A stretch of 53,625 nt of DNA from an uncultured Patescibacteria group bacterium (GCA_937929825.1 CALFUV010000003.1:1-53625), one strand, 5' to 3'; counted from the first letter of the stretch, positions 1-8,625 are shown. Notes: generated by a model from the sequence alone, not told the origin. Numbers and translations: made by a program.

Positions 1-322
1 CCTTGCGCGTAGAGTTCAAATGCCCTGCGGATAATTGGCGCATGCTTTTTATCCACTATAACTTTTTATACGTTTGTCGTTAATATATCCCACCCGGAGC
101 AAGCGAGGGATATTCGCCCCGTTTTACTTTTTGGCGCAAACATCTTTTAGTATTTTCGGAAAGAGAATCCACATAGTATTTGCTTTGCCCGAAAACAATG
201 TTCAACATAAATTTTCCCTGTGGCGTATCTTCAAACCACAGCGTGGGAAATTTTAACGCCGCAATACGCCCGCAATCCAAAAGATAAATTATTTTCCCGC
301 CATCAACAGAATTACGCGCCAC
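1..322 (-). pseudogene. Decayed serine recombinase (resolvase / large serine recombinase family) fragment, runs off the left edge
   Basis: Minus frame 80-322 reads ...PQGKFMLNIVFGQSKYYVDSLSENTKRCLRQKVKRGEYPSLAPGGIY*. This is the end of a resolvase-type catalytic domain entering the recombinase domain. There is no ATG (track start is GTG) and the catalytic-Ser N-terminus is absent. TAA lies at 80-82. Homology resumes in another frame (65 to 1: KVIVDKKHAPIIRRAFELYAQG). The segment is GC-richer than the rest of the window. Confidence 0.6.
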
Positions 323-522
323 TTCTCTTTTTCAGAGATTTTTGATAAAATAGGTTCGAGAGGACTCATAAATATACTCCATTACAAAACAAGATGGTTT
401 TTTGAGAGCCAATTCGTGGGCGGCACTTCGTGCCGCCACCAATTTGTTGGCCTGGTAATTTTAAAAAATTTTCGGTAAAATAAATTCTAGCCTAATTACA
501 GAAATGATACATAATTTATTTA

Positions 523-598
523 GCCGACCTAGCTCAATTGGCAGAGCAACGGTATCGTAAACCGTAGGTTCCGGGTTCAATTCCCGGGGTCGGCTCCA
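523..598 (+). tRNA. tRNA-Thr (anticodon CGU), CCA encoded
   Basis: Cloverleaf read by eye. Acceptor GCCGACC/GGTCGGC, D arm GCTC-AATTGGC-AGAGC, anticodon arm ACGGT-ATCGTAA-ACCGT (CGT at positions 34-36). Variable loop AGGTT, T arm CCGGG-TTCAATT-CCCGG, discriminator T plus CCA. Total 76 nt. Confidence 0.93.
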
Positions 599-646
599 CT
601 ACCAAACAAAATAGCTTTTTGAGAGCTAATTTATTTGGTAGTGGAG
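594..646 (+). terminator. Long hairpin immediately after tRNA-Thr (possible terminator or processing structure)
   Basis: Perfect 13-bp stem CTCCACTACCAAA (594-606) / TTTGGTAGTGGAG (634-646). The 5' arm begins inside the tRNA 3' end. Inner TAGC/GCTA pairing occurs in the 27-nt loop. It is followed by TATTTAT rather than a clean U-run. Confidence 0.3.
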
Positions 647-663
647 TATTTATAAAACGAAGC

Positions 664-1836
664 TTAGATTTTAATGGGTATTAATTTAATAGTACGAGCT
701 TGTTTTTTTTGCTCTTCAAGCCAAGTGTTAAAATCAAGAGTTTTAATAAGAATATGAGAAACATGAACCGTTGTTTTATCTGAAAATTTATCTAAATTAT
801 CTTGTTCTAATAAGTCTTGATTTTCCCAATTATTTAAACGTATTAGATGATAACCTAATATAGTTTGTATTGGCTGACTAATTTCTCCGGGTTGTAAATT
901 TCGCAAAGCTAAGGCAAATTCAGGCAACATAGTATCAAAACTTAACCAGCCTATTTTTCCTCCTTCAGCGGCAGTTGTGGTATCTTGACTGTATTTTTGA
1001 GCTGCTTGTTCAAAAGTAATCTTATTACTCAAAATTTGCTGACGAATGTTTGCTGCCATATTTTGTGTTTGGGTTGTTAATTTTGGATCTTGAACCAAAT
1101 AATTATATAACAATCTTTTTTTTAAATAAGGTTTCAAGACGCGATTGGTTAATTCCTCCGGTTTTATATTAAAAGCTTGTTGTAAATAATCATAAAAAGC
1201 CTGCTCAGAGCCAAAATCCTTAGCCAAACGTGCCATTTCCTGTTTTAAGGTTACATCAGTTAAATGAAGATTTAAATTATTTAAATTAAGAGAAATTAAA
1301 CGTTCTTCCAATAAATGATTAAAAGCAATACTTTCTGCCTCTGGTACATTGTAAAATTTTTTAACAAAATTGGTTTCTTTTTTGAGCTCAGATGCCCAAA
1401 CAATTTGATTATTAATAATCACTGCCGGCCAAGGTAAATAGTCAGCTACTTGTGGCCAATGTTTATCTAAACGAAATAGATTATAAACAGCTAAAATTAA
1501 GATTATCAAAACAGGTGCTAATAACCAACGTTTTTTTCGACGCTGACGTTGACGCCAGCGCGCTACCAAATCTGGATTAGCACCAGTCGATTTTATTTCA
1601 GGTGTTTGAGTCAATTTAGTCACAGATCCACTTTCCTCTTGTTGGCTAATTTCTTTTAATAATTCTTCACGCCAAATTTTTTGTTTATCAGTTAAATTTT
1701 CTTGATCACTGGCAGTACTATGCTTTCCTAGTTTTATCAGCTCATTTACTTCTAGATTAAGTTTTTTCTTAAAATCCTGAGCTTGGATATGTTGTTTAGC
1801 ATTTTTTTTAAAAGATAGCTTCTTTTTACTTAACAT
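664..1836 (-). CDS. Membrane-anchored parvulin-type peptidyl-prolyl isomerase (PrsA/SurA-like)
   Basis: 390 aa. Charged N-terminus, then one TM segment (WLLAPVLIILILAVYNLF). C-terminal PpiC/rotamase signature GGKIGWLSFDTMLPEFALALRNLQPGEISQPIQTILGYHLIRL. Confidence 0.8.
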   Translation of the reverse strand: MLSKKKLSFKKNAKQHIQAQDFKKKLNLEVNELIKLGKHSTASDQENLTDKQKIWREELLKEISQQEESGSVTKLTQTPEIKSTGANPDLVARWRQRQRRKKRWLLAPVLIILILAVYNLFRLDKHWPQVADYLPWPAVIINNQIVWASELKKETNFVKKFYNVPEAESIAFNHLLEERLISLNLNNLNLHLTDVTLKQEMARLAKDFGSEQAFYDYLQQAFNIKPEELTNRVLKPYLKKRLLYNYLVQDPKLTTQTQNMAANIRQQILSNKITFEQAAQKYSQDTTTAAEGGKIGWLSFDTMLPEFALALRNLQPGEISQPIQTILGYHLIRLNNWENQDLLEQDNLDKFSDKTTVHVSHILIKTLDFNTWLEEQKKQARTIKLIPIKI

Positions 1837-1852
1837 ATATAGTTATATTAAT

Positions 1853-2224
1853 TTATTTAAAAAAGTACTCCCACCAGCGTTGCCAATTTGATTTAGTATT
1901 AGAAATTTCTGTTGTTATTTTATCTTCAGTTGATTGGTTTTGAATAACCACCACTGTCTCACCTGGTTTTTGTAAACCGAGTTGTACACGCGCTTGCCAT
2001 TCACGGTATTCCTCAGTCCCTAGTTTATCAAGTAGTTTGGTCAGTTGTTCGCTTTTGGAACGATGTTCGTTAATTTCCTCTTTAAGAATGGCTATTTCAC
2101 GTTCAATTTCAACTCGCCGGATAGTAGCTTTTACTAAACCATAACCCACCAACACAAAAGCTACTAGAGCGATTGATAAAAATAGACGAGAGGTAATTGT
2201 TGCCCACCAGTTCTTGCTTGTCAT
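1853..2224 (-). CDS. Septum formation initiator family protein (FtsB/DivIC-like)
   Basis: 123 aa with an N-terminal TM helix followed by a coiled coil (EIEREIAILKEEINEHRSKSEQLTKLL). Size and architecture are typical of FtsB/DivIC. It sits in an envelope/division gene neighbourhood. Confidence 0.55.
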   Translation of the reverse strand: MTSKNWWATITSRLFLSIALVAFVLVGYGLVKATIRRVEIEREIAILKEEINEHRSKSEQLTKLLDKLGTEEYREWQARVQLGLQKPGETVVVIQNQSTEDKITTEISNTKSNWQRWWEYFFK

Positions 2225-2286
2225 AGTAATTAAATTATATCATAAAGTTATAATTATATTACCTTATAACCTAATAATTCATATTT

Positions 2287-2385
2287 ATGTCTAAACGTCG
2301 AATAAAACGCTGGTTATGGATTGTGATTACAGTGATTGTTGGTTCAACACTGATTCTTTTTACGTCTCTACCGGCTTTTTTATAA
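2287..2385 (+). CDS. Possible 32-aa single-TM small protein (not in the ORF track)
   Basis: ATG 2287 to TAA 2383-2385 gives MSKRRIKRWLWIVITVIVGSTLILFTSLPAFL: a basic N-terminus plus one hydrophobic helix. It lies in the 164-bp gap between the FtsB-like gene and lepA. No clear SD or promoter was seen. Confidence 0.25.
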   Translation: MSKRRIKRWLWIVITVIVGSTLILFTSLPAFL

Positions 2386-2388
2386 AAA

Positions 2389-4182
2389 TTATTTTTCTTT
2401 GCTTACCAAAGCAATATAAGCTTCTGGTGGAATATCAACTCTGCCTGAAAGACGCATTCTTTTTTTGCCGGCTTTCTGTTTTTCCAATAATTTACGTTTG
2501 CGAGTTACGTCGCCTCCGTATAATTTAGCTGTGACATCTTTACGCAGAGCAGGTAATTTTTCCGAAGCTAAAATTCGTCCACCCACAGCTGCTTGAATTT
2601 TAACCTCAAATAATTGACGTGGTAAAAGATCCTTTAAACGACTAACAATACTACGAGCCCGATGATAAGCCTCATCTTCATAAACAATGGTAGCCAAAGA
2701 TTCAACCTCTTCATCTGCTACTAAAATATCTAATCTTTTTACACGACAAGGTCTGTAGCCAATGAAATCATAATTCAATGAAGCATAACCGGCGCTAACA
2801 CTTTTAATTCGGTCATAAAATTCCACTAAAATTGAATTTAAGGGCATTTCATAACGTAAAATAGCCCGACGACCTTCTTCTCGGGCCGCGCCTAAATAAT
2901 CAGTAGTTAAATATTGGCCGCGAAAATCTTGTGCGGTGGACATTAAACCACCCAAGTATTGTAATGGAGCCACTATATCAACACGTACAAATGGTTCACG
3001 AATTTCAATTATTTTATCAGGGGTAGGTAATTCCAAAGCACTGTGAATAGTTATAATTTCTTTATTTTTAAGCTCCACCTCATGAGCAACTGATGGTGTG
3101 GTGACTATAACATTTAGACCGTATTCACGTTTCAACCTTTCACGAGTTATATCAAGATGTAACAATCCTAAAAAACCGCAACGAAAACCATAACCTAGGG
3201 CTGGCGAATGTTCGCCTTCATAAGTTAAACTGGCATCATTTAAACTGAGTTTAGCCAAAGCATCACGTAAGCGAGCTGCTTCTTGTCCGCCTACCGGATA
3301 AAAACCAGCAAAAACCATGGATCTCACTTCTTTATAACCCGGTAAAGGTTTATGATTACTCCCATTTTTAGTTAAAGTATCACCCACCCTTACTTGACGA
3401 ATATCTTTTAAAGCTGTTATCACATAACCAATTGAGCCAGTGTTTAATTGGGCGCAAATCTTTGGTTTAGGGGTGAAAGTGCCAACTTCCAATAGCACAC
3501 CAGTTGCCCCGGTACCTAATAATTTATAATTAAGTCCGGGAGTCAATTGCCCATCAGTTACTCTAACAGCTGCTATCACTCCCCGATAATCATCATAACG
3601 TGAATCAAAAATTAAAGCGCAAGCGGCTGTAGTATTTCTTATAATTGGCGGAGGTATATCTGTAATAATTTTTTGTAAGACTTCATTAACGCCCACACCT
3701 GATTTGGCCGAAATACGTAAAATACTTCTTGAATCAATGTTTAATAACTGGGCCAATTGTTCAGCAGTCGTTTCAGGATTAGCAGCCGGTAAATCAATTT
3801 TATTGATAACGGGAATTATTTTTAAACCAACAGTTTGAGCTAATTCTAAATTGGCAATTGTCTGTGCTTGTACACCTTGTGTAGCATCAACTAATAATAT
3901 GGCGCCTTCTACACAAGCTAAAGAACGAGAGACTTCATAAGTAAAATCCACGTGTCCGGGGGTATCTATTAAATTTAATTCATAGCCATGCCAATGCATG
4001 GTAACTGGTTGAAGTTTAATGGTTATACCCCGTTCTCTTTCCAAATCCATTTGATCAAGTATTTGTTCCTGCATTTCTCTTTTTGCCACAGTACCGGTAA
4101 TTTCCAAAAAACGATCAGCTAAAGTTGATTTACCATGATCAATGTGAGCAATAATGCAAAAATTACGAATCTTAACACTCAT
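2389..4182 (-). CDS. lepA: Elongation factor 4 (LepA)
   Basis: 597 aa. GTPase motifs AHIDHGKST, DTPGH and NKID, with a LepA-type C-terminal domain. ATGA overlap with the murJ stop. Confidence 0.97.
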   Translation of the reverse strand: MSVKIRNFCIIAHIDHGKSTLADRFLEITGTVAKREMQEQILDQMDLERERGITIKLQPVTMHWHGYELNLIDTPGHVDFTYEVSRSLACVEGAILLVDATQGVQAQTIANLELAQTVGLKIIPVINKIDLPAANPETTAEQLAQLLNIDSRSILRISAKSGVGVNEVLQKIITDIPPPIIRNTTAACALIFDSRYDDYRGVIAAVRVTDGQLTPGLNYKLLGTGATGVLLEVGTFTPKPKICAQLNTGSIGYVITALKDIRQVRVGDTLTKNGSNHKPLPGYKEVRSMVFAGFYPVGGQEAARLRDALAKLSLNDASLTYEGEHSPALGYGFRCGFLGLLHLDITRERLKREYGLNVIVTTPSVAHEVELKNKEIITIHSALELPTPDKIIEIREPFVRVDIVAPLQYLGGLMSTAQDFRGQYLTTDYLGAAREEGRRAILRYEMPLNSILVEFYDRIKSVSAGYASLNYDFIGYRPCRVKRLDILVADEEVESLATIVYEDEAYHRARSIVSRLKDLLPRQLFEVKIQAAVGGRILASEKLPALRKDVTAKLYGGDVTRKRKLLEKQKAGKKRMRLSGRVDIPPEAYIALVSKEK

Positions 4183-5780
4183 ACGTTGGATGAATTATAA
4201 TTCTTGATTACTCGCCAAGCTGAAATTAACCAGCTGCGTACAAAATTAAGTTCTGACATACCTATAGCTAAACTCACCGCTAAATAACTAAAAATTCCCA
4301 CCAGACCAGCGCTTAACCCTTGAATAAAAATACCCCAAAAAGTATTCATATTAACAAATGGCTCTATCAAATAAAGAGTACCGTAGGCTGTGGCGGCAGC
4401 TGCTAAACTGCCCAATGACATTTGCCAAACTCCATTGATAATATGTTTAGAGCCTAAACTGCCTAAACGTTTACCAAGAAATATAATTAATACCAGTAAA
4501 TTAGTAAGACTGGAAAAAATATAGGCTAAACCTACACCAGCTAAACCATAAGATTTAAGTGTTATGAGTAAACCTAAATTAACAATTATACTTAAAAAAG
4601 CAGCTATCACAGGAGTTTTAGTATCTTGTAAAGCATAAAATGTCCGGGCCACTAAAGGTATTAAACTATCTGAAACAATTGCTAAAGCCAGAAAACCAAG
4701 TACCTGGGCGGTACGAATAGTATCATACCAATTAAAAGCACCACTGCCTAAAATAACTCGTACCAATTGTGCCCGTAGCACCAAAAAAAGCACGGATAAT
4801 GGAATAACATAAAAAAGCACTCGCCTGATATTTTGGCTAAAGTGATTTATAAATTCTTGGTGTTGACCAAGACTTCTGCTGCGACTAAGTAATGGAAAAA
4901 CAGCCACTGCTAAAGAAACTCCAAAAACATTAATTGGAAAACTATGTAAATTTAAAGCCAAACTATAGGCTGCTAAACTGCCCACTGTTAAGGCAGAAAT
5001 AAAACTTACTGTAACTATTTGATTAATTTGTGCTGCCATTAAACCCAAAGTTCTGGGACCTAGTAAACGCAAAAAATTAAAAACCGCTGAATCACCTAAA
5101 GGCCAAAGCGGATGCCAACGCCACCCCAAATGCCAGATTGACCATAATTGCAACAACATATGTAAGAAACTACCTAAAACTACCCCCCACGCTAAACCAA
5201 TTGCGCCTCCGCGTGGTACAAACCAGAATAAACCAGCTATAATACCTAAATTATAAAAAATAGGTGCGGCGGCAAAAGCAATTAAACGCTGTTGAGCTTG
5301 TAATAAACTGCCGAATAAGTTGGAAATACCAAAAATCACTACTGCCAATAGCATTATACGAGCAAGCTTAACCGTTAAAACTATATTAGCTAGATCAAAA
5401 CCGGGCGCAATTATTTTAACTAAATAAGGTGCCAACCCAATACCAATAATAACAAAAAAAACTAAAATTATAGTTAGTAAATTAAGTATCCTATTTCCCA
5501 GATCCCAAGCGGCTTTTAACCCCTGTTTTTCGCGGCGTTCAATAAAAATTGGTATTAAAGCCGTGGCCAAAGCACCTAAAACCAGAGTATTAAATATTAA
5601 ATCAGGCAGGCGAAAAGCGGCATAATAAGAATCCAAAATGTATCCAGCACCAAATGTTGAGGCTAGAAATCTATCGCGTAATACTCCTACCAACCGTGAA
5701 ATAACAGAAAAAACTGCTACAATAATGGCTCCCCGACTAACCTCATCCCCCCAGCCATTAAAAGTAATAAATTTGTTCAT
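4179..5780 (-). CDS. murJ: Lipid II flippase MurJ (MviN family, MOP superfamily)
   Basis: 533 aa polytopic membrane protein. N-terminus SRLVGVLRDRFLASTFGAG...DSYYAAFRLPD is typical of MurJ/MviN. Confidence 0.9.
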   Translation of the reverse strand: MNKFITFNGWGDEVSRGAIIVAVFSVISRLVGVLRDRFLASTFGAGYILDSYYAAFRLPDLIFNTLVLGALATALIPIFIERREKQGLKAAWDLGNRILNLLTIILVFFVIIGIGLAPYLVKIIAPGFDLANIVLTVKLARIMLLAVVIFGISNLFGSLLQAQQRLIAFAAAPIFYNLGIIAGLFWFVPRGGAIGLAWGVVLGSFLHMLLQLWSIWHLGWRWHPLWPLGDSAVFNFLRLLGPRTLGLMAAQINQIVTVSFISALTVGSLAAYSLALNLHSFPINVFGVSLAVAVFPLLSRSRSLGQHQEFINHFSQNIRRVLFYVIPLSVLFLVLRAQLVRVILGSGAFNWYDTIRTAQVLGFLALAIVSDSLIPLVARTFYALQDTKTPVIAAFLSIIVNLGLLITLKSYGLAGVGLAYIFSSLTNLLVLIIFLGKRLGSLGSKHIINGVWQMSLGSLAAAATAYGTLYLIEPFVNMNTFWGIFIQGLSAGLVGIFSYLAVSLAIGMSELNFVRSWLISAWRVIKNYNSSNV

Positions 5781-5798
5781 TTACAGCTATTAATTATT

Positions 5799-5965
5799 AA
5801 AAAAATAAGAGTTCTGTTTGGCTGGAGGTGAGAAGGCTTGAAGTGACCAAAATACTGGTATCCAAGCATGAAGGGTGTACAGCTCACACTAGTTAGCGTG
5901 CCCATACAGTCCTCCAGTTCATTCTCTAAACCCCCCAACCAAACAAAACTCTTGTTAAAAAGATA
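5799..5965 (-). ncRNA. Unclassified structured RNA (Y-shaped, about 150-170 nt): stable sRNA or murJ leader
   Basis: GC-enriched island in an AT-rich spacer. On the minus strand: 22-bp closing helix (5932-5953 with 5807-5828) and a 5-bp P2 (5922-5926 / 5830-5834). A tight three-way junction carries arms 5869-5921 and 5836-5867. At least five G.U pairs would be A.C mismatches on the plus strand. Flanked by a consensus promoter and a U7 run (5799-5805). Ends are approximate. Confidence 0.55.
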
Positions 5966-5971
5966 TCTTAA

Positions 5972-6000
5972 TTATTAGCATAATTATGTTTATTTGTCAA
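5972..6000 (-). promoter_or_regulatory. Sigma70-type promoter of the structured RNA
   Basis: Minus strand: TTGACA (5995-6000), a 17-nt spacer ending in TGC, then TAATAA (5972-5977). Same layout and TTGACAAAT-N11-TGCTAAT core as the rnpB promoter. Confidence 0.5.
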
Positions 6001-6027
6001 TATCTTATCTATTTAAATTTTTAAAAA

Positions 6028-8556
6028 TTACATCTTTTCTAATATAATTCCATAAAAATCATCTTGTTGCCAATCACTTCTAAATTCCATTTTATTATTG
6101 CTTAAATAAGGTTGGCGTGATGATTCTTGCCAACGTAAACGAAAATTTTCAGGCCAAGTAATTTCTGACACAAAATCAAGCGGTTTAACACCAGATTGCC
6201 GTTGGAATAGTACAGCATAACGACGTAAATCTTGCCAAGTTGGACCTGGTTTAAGTTTCCAAGGCAAACGATAAACTAATTCAACTGTTTTTTTTTCACC
6301 CGGAGAAACACTCAGCCAATTAGCAAAAACTGTTTTGCCAAATTCTTCTGTTATTCGTGTGCCGGAAAAAATATCATAAACAATCTCTTTTTCTATTAAT
6401 TTTAAATAAATATCATCTTCAGCTTCTTCAGGTATTGGCCGGTAATAATTAAGTGGTGGTGGCGTAAACCCTTGAGTAGCTAAAAGTTGTGAACCGGCAG
6501 GTACATAAAAACGCAAATAAGTTACATTGCGACGACTTTCAAAAGTATCTCTGGCCTCACCCTGATGCTGGCGGGTTAATGATAATCTCACAATTAGTTC
6601 ACCTGTGGGAGATATTTCTAAATGATGTCTGATTTTTTCCTTTATAACAGCATCAGTTTTTCCTCCCCCTATATTGGTCCTAACAATCGCTAAATAATCA
6701 GTCGGGGTTGTTTGTATTTCACCGGCCCAACCAAGTTTGATAAACTGGGCCTGAATATTAGGGTCAGTTGAATATAATTGTAAACCCCGATTTAATAAAC
6801 TAGCATTAACTAGAGCACTTAATTTAACTAAATCCCCACCCTCCAAGTTTAGTAGACGAATAAAGAGTTCAGGTGCTAAATCCGCTATAAATTGTTTGGG
6901 ACGATTGATATTACGATCGTATTCTATTTCTACAGCTGCTTGAGTTTCGCGCATAAAATTATCAGCTGTTAAAACTTTACCGTATTTAGACAACTCAATT
7001 GGACCAGTAATTTTTAACAATTCAATAACCACGTCAGAATTTAGGGCTACTAAACCATGGGTCTCTGGGCCACCTGATTCTTTAAGAAACCACATTATTT
7101 TACGAGCTGAAGTCGGAAAATCAAAAAACCAGTTAGCATCTTGCAATTGCCAAGTTCCGCGTACTAATCTAAGTGGTTCTGGTGGTCTAATAATTTTTGA
7201 CAATGAACCTTGAAAATCATAAGGTCCGCCTCCGGGTATATCTATTGAACGCACTTCTCCATTTTCTAAGGCAATTAAAGCCAAACTACCGGCAAATCCA
7301 CCTGTTGGTCTCAATTCACTTGTATTTTGAAAAATAATTACGTAAGTACGGAGCTCATTAGTAACTAATAATTGACGTAGTAGTTGTGGTACTGATAGTA
7401 TTGAATTCAAATTTACTTCCAACTCAGTTAATTGCTGACGTACGATAGTTAATGCTTTATTATAATCTGCCGGCAGGCTAGATACATCAACTTGATTTAG
7501 GTGTTGGCTGGCTTTACTAAGACGAAGTTTAATATCAGTCGTAGCTTGACTTAGAATATTTAAACTTGACGTCAGATTAAATATTCCATTTGTTTCAAGA
7601 TTATTCAATTCAGTCAAAGTATTTGCTGCTAATACCGCTGCTTCCGTTATTTCCTGACTGGCTGATATAATTAGACGGGCAGCCTCAAGTTTACCCGCTG
7701 CTAATGGTAATTTACCTATTAGACCGGATAATTCACCGTTTAACCCTTGAGCTGAAGCTTGTGCTTTTTCAAATGACTCTTTAGCCAATATTAATTGCTC
7801 TTGAGCTAATTGACTATTACCAGCAGCTATTAAACTGCCGGCCTTTTCCAGCCCCTGAAAACCACTATTGGTTAAATTAATTAATTCATAACCACGATTA
7901 TTTAAATTTTGCCAAGTGGCCACACCTTTAAGAGGTAAAATAACTACAAAAGCTAAAATCAAAAAAAATATTGCCTGCCGCCAAGCCGATAACTTGACTA
8001 AAGAGTTTTTATTGGCTATGGAAAAATATCGTTTGTATCTCTGACCTGTTTTAATCTTAATTAACAAAAAAGGAACCTGAATAACACTTTGTACTATATT
8101 AAAAAATAATTTAATATCCTGACCAACAGATCTCATAAGCCAACAAAATTCCTGATGTAATTTAAATAATAATGTTAAACCTAAAAGCCAGAATAAATCC
8201 ATTAACCAGATAATGATTTCTAAAACTAACCATAAACTTAAATCACGACCGGTAGGCCAAATTAAACCAAGTTTTTTAATAAAACCATAAAGAGAATAAT
8301 TATTTTTATCAAAAGGTTTAAGAAAATTAATCTCTGGCCTAGTATTAATTACTTCTTTAGATGATAATGAAGCAGAAGATGTTTTGCGCCTATCAATAGC
8401 AGACCGAAGATTAATTACGTGACGAGACAACTTCACTTGTTCGCGTCCACTTAATTTTATTTCACCTTCATCAATAAATAATTGCCACCAAGGCCAATGA
8501 ATATTATCTAATGGTTTATCAGTTTTTGATGATAATCTTTTCTTAGTTCTGGACAT
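6028..8556 (-). CDS. DUF4012 domain-containing envelope protein
   Basis: 842 aa. N-terminal cytoplasmic segment, TM helices, a long coiled-coil/Ala-Gln-rich region, then the DUF4012-like core (NTSELRPTGGFAGSLALI...GGGPYDF...ANWFFDFP). Family assignment is from memory of the motif. Confidence 0.7.
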   Translation of the reverse strand: MSRTKKRLSSKTDKPLDNIHWPWWQLFIDEGEIKLSGREQVKLSRHVINLRSAIDRRKTSSASLSSKEVINTRPEINFLKPFDKNNYSLYGFIKKLGLIWPTGRDLSLWLVLEIIIWLMDLFWLLGLTLLFKLHQEFCWLMRSVGQDIKLFFNIVQSVIQVPFLLIKIKTGQRYKRYFSIANKNSLVKLSAWRQAIFFLILAFVVILPLKGVATWQNLNNRGYELINLTNSGFQGLEKAGSLIAAGNSQLAQEQLILAKESFEKAQASAQGLNGELSGLIGKLPLAAGKLEAARLIISASQEITEAAVLAANTLTELNNLETNGIFNLTSSLNILSQATTDIKLRLSKASQHLNQVDVSSLPADYNKALTIVRQQLTELEVNLNSILSVPQLLRQLLVTNELRTYVIIFQNTSELRPTGGFAGSLALIALENGEVRSIDIPGGGPYDFQGSLSKIIRPPEPLRLVRGTWQLQDANWFFDFPTSARKIMWFLKESGGPETHGLVALNSDVVIELLKITGPIELSKYGKVLTADNFMRETQAAVEIEYDRNINRPKQFIADLAPELFIRLLNLEGGDLVKLSALVNASLLNRGLQLYSTDPNIQAQFIKLGWAGEIQTTPTDYLAIVRTNIGGGKTDAVIKEKIRHHLEISPTGELIVRLSLTRQHQGEARDTFESRRNVTYLRFYVPAGSQLLATQGFTPPPLNYYRPIPEEAEDDIYLKLIEKEIVYDIFSGTRITEEFGKTVFANWLSVSPGEKKTVELVYRLPWKLKPGPTWQDLRRYAVLFQRQSGVKPLDFVSEITWPENFRLRWQESSRQPYLSNNKMEFRSDWQQDDFYGIILEKM

Positions 8557-8563
8557 ATTCTTA

Positions 8564-8592
8564 AGTATAAGGAATCAGACAACTTTCATCAA
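8564..8592 (-). promoter_or_regulatory. Candidate promoter placed for a leaderless DUF4012 mRNA
   Basis: Minus strand: TTGATG (8587-8592), 17 nt, TATACT (8564-8569), then only 7 nt (TAAGAAT) before the ATG at 8556. Confidence 0.35.
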
Positions 8593-8625
8593 TTAATATT
8601 GAGTATACTTAAATTAGCTTGAAAA

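Noticed and set aside
419-441. GC-rich hairpin followed by ACCA, first read as a C(UUCG)G tetraloop minihelix or a tRNA 3'-half remnant.
   Set aside because: Recounting shows an 8-bp stem with a 3-nt UUC loop (or 7 bp with a 5-nt loop), not a UUCG tetraloop. There is no 7-nt T-loop and no match to the adjacent tRNA-Thr 3' half. No U-run follows on either strand, so it is not a terminator either. It is kept only as part of the att-like debris finding.
5799-5965. Assigning the structured RNA to SRP (4.5S) RNA, 6S RNA, tmRNA or a known riboswitch class.
   Set aside because: There is no GNAR-capped helix with the SRP AGCA/GGAA symmetric loop and no tmRNA tag or pseudoknot layout. The fold is a three-way junction rather than the 6S rod with a central bubble. 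No riboswitch core consensus I know (TPP, SAM, glycine, purine, c-di-GMP, ZTP, fluoride, guanidine) is present. It is left unclassified rather than forced into a family.
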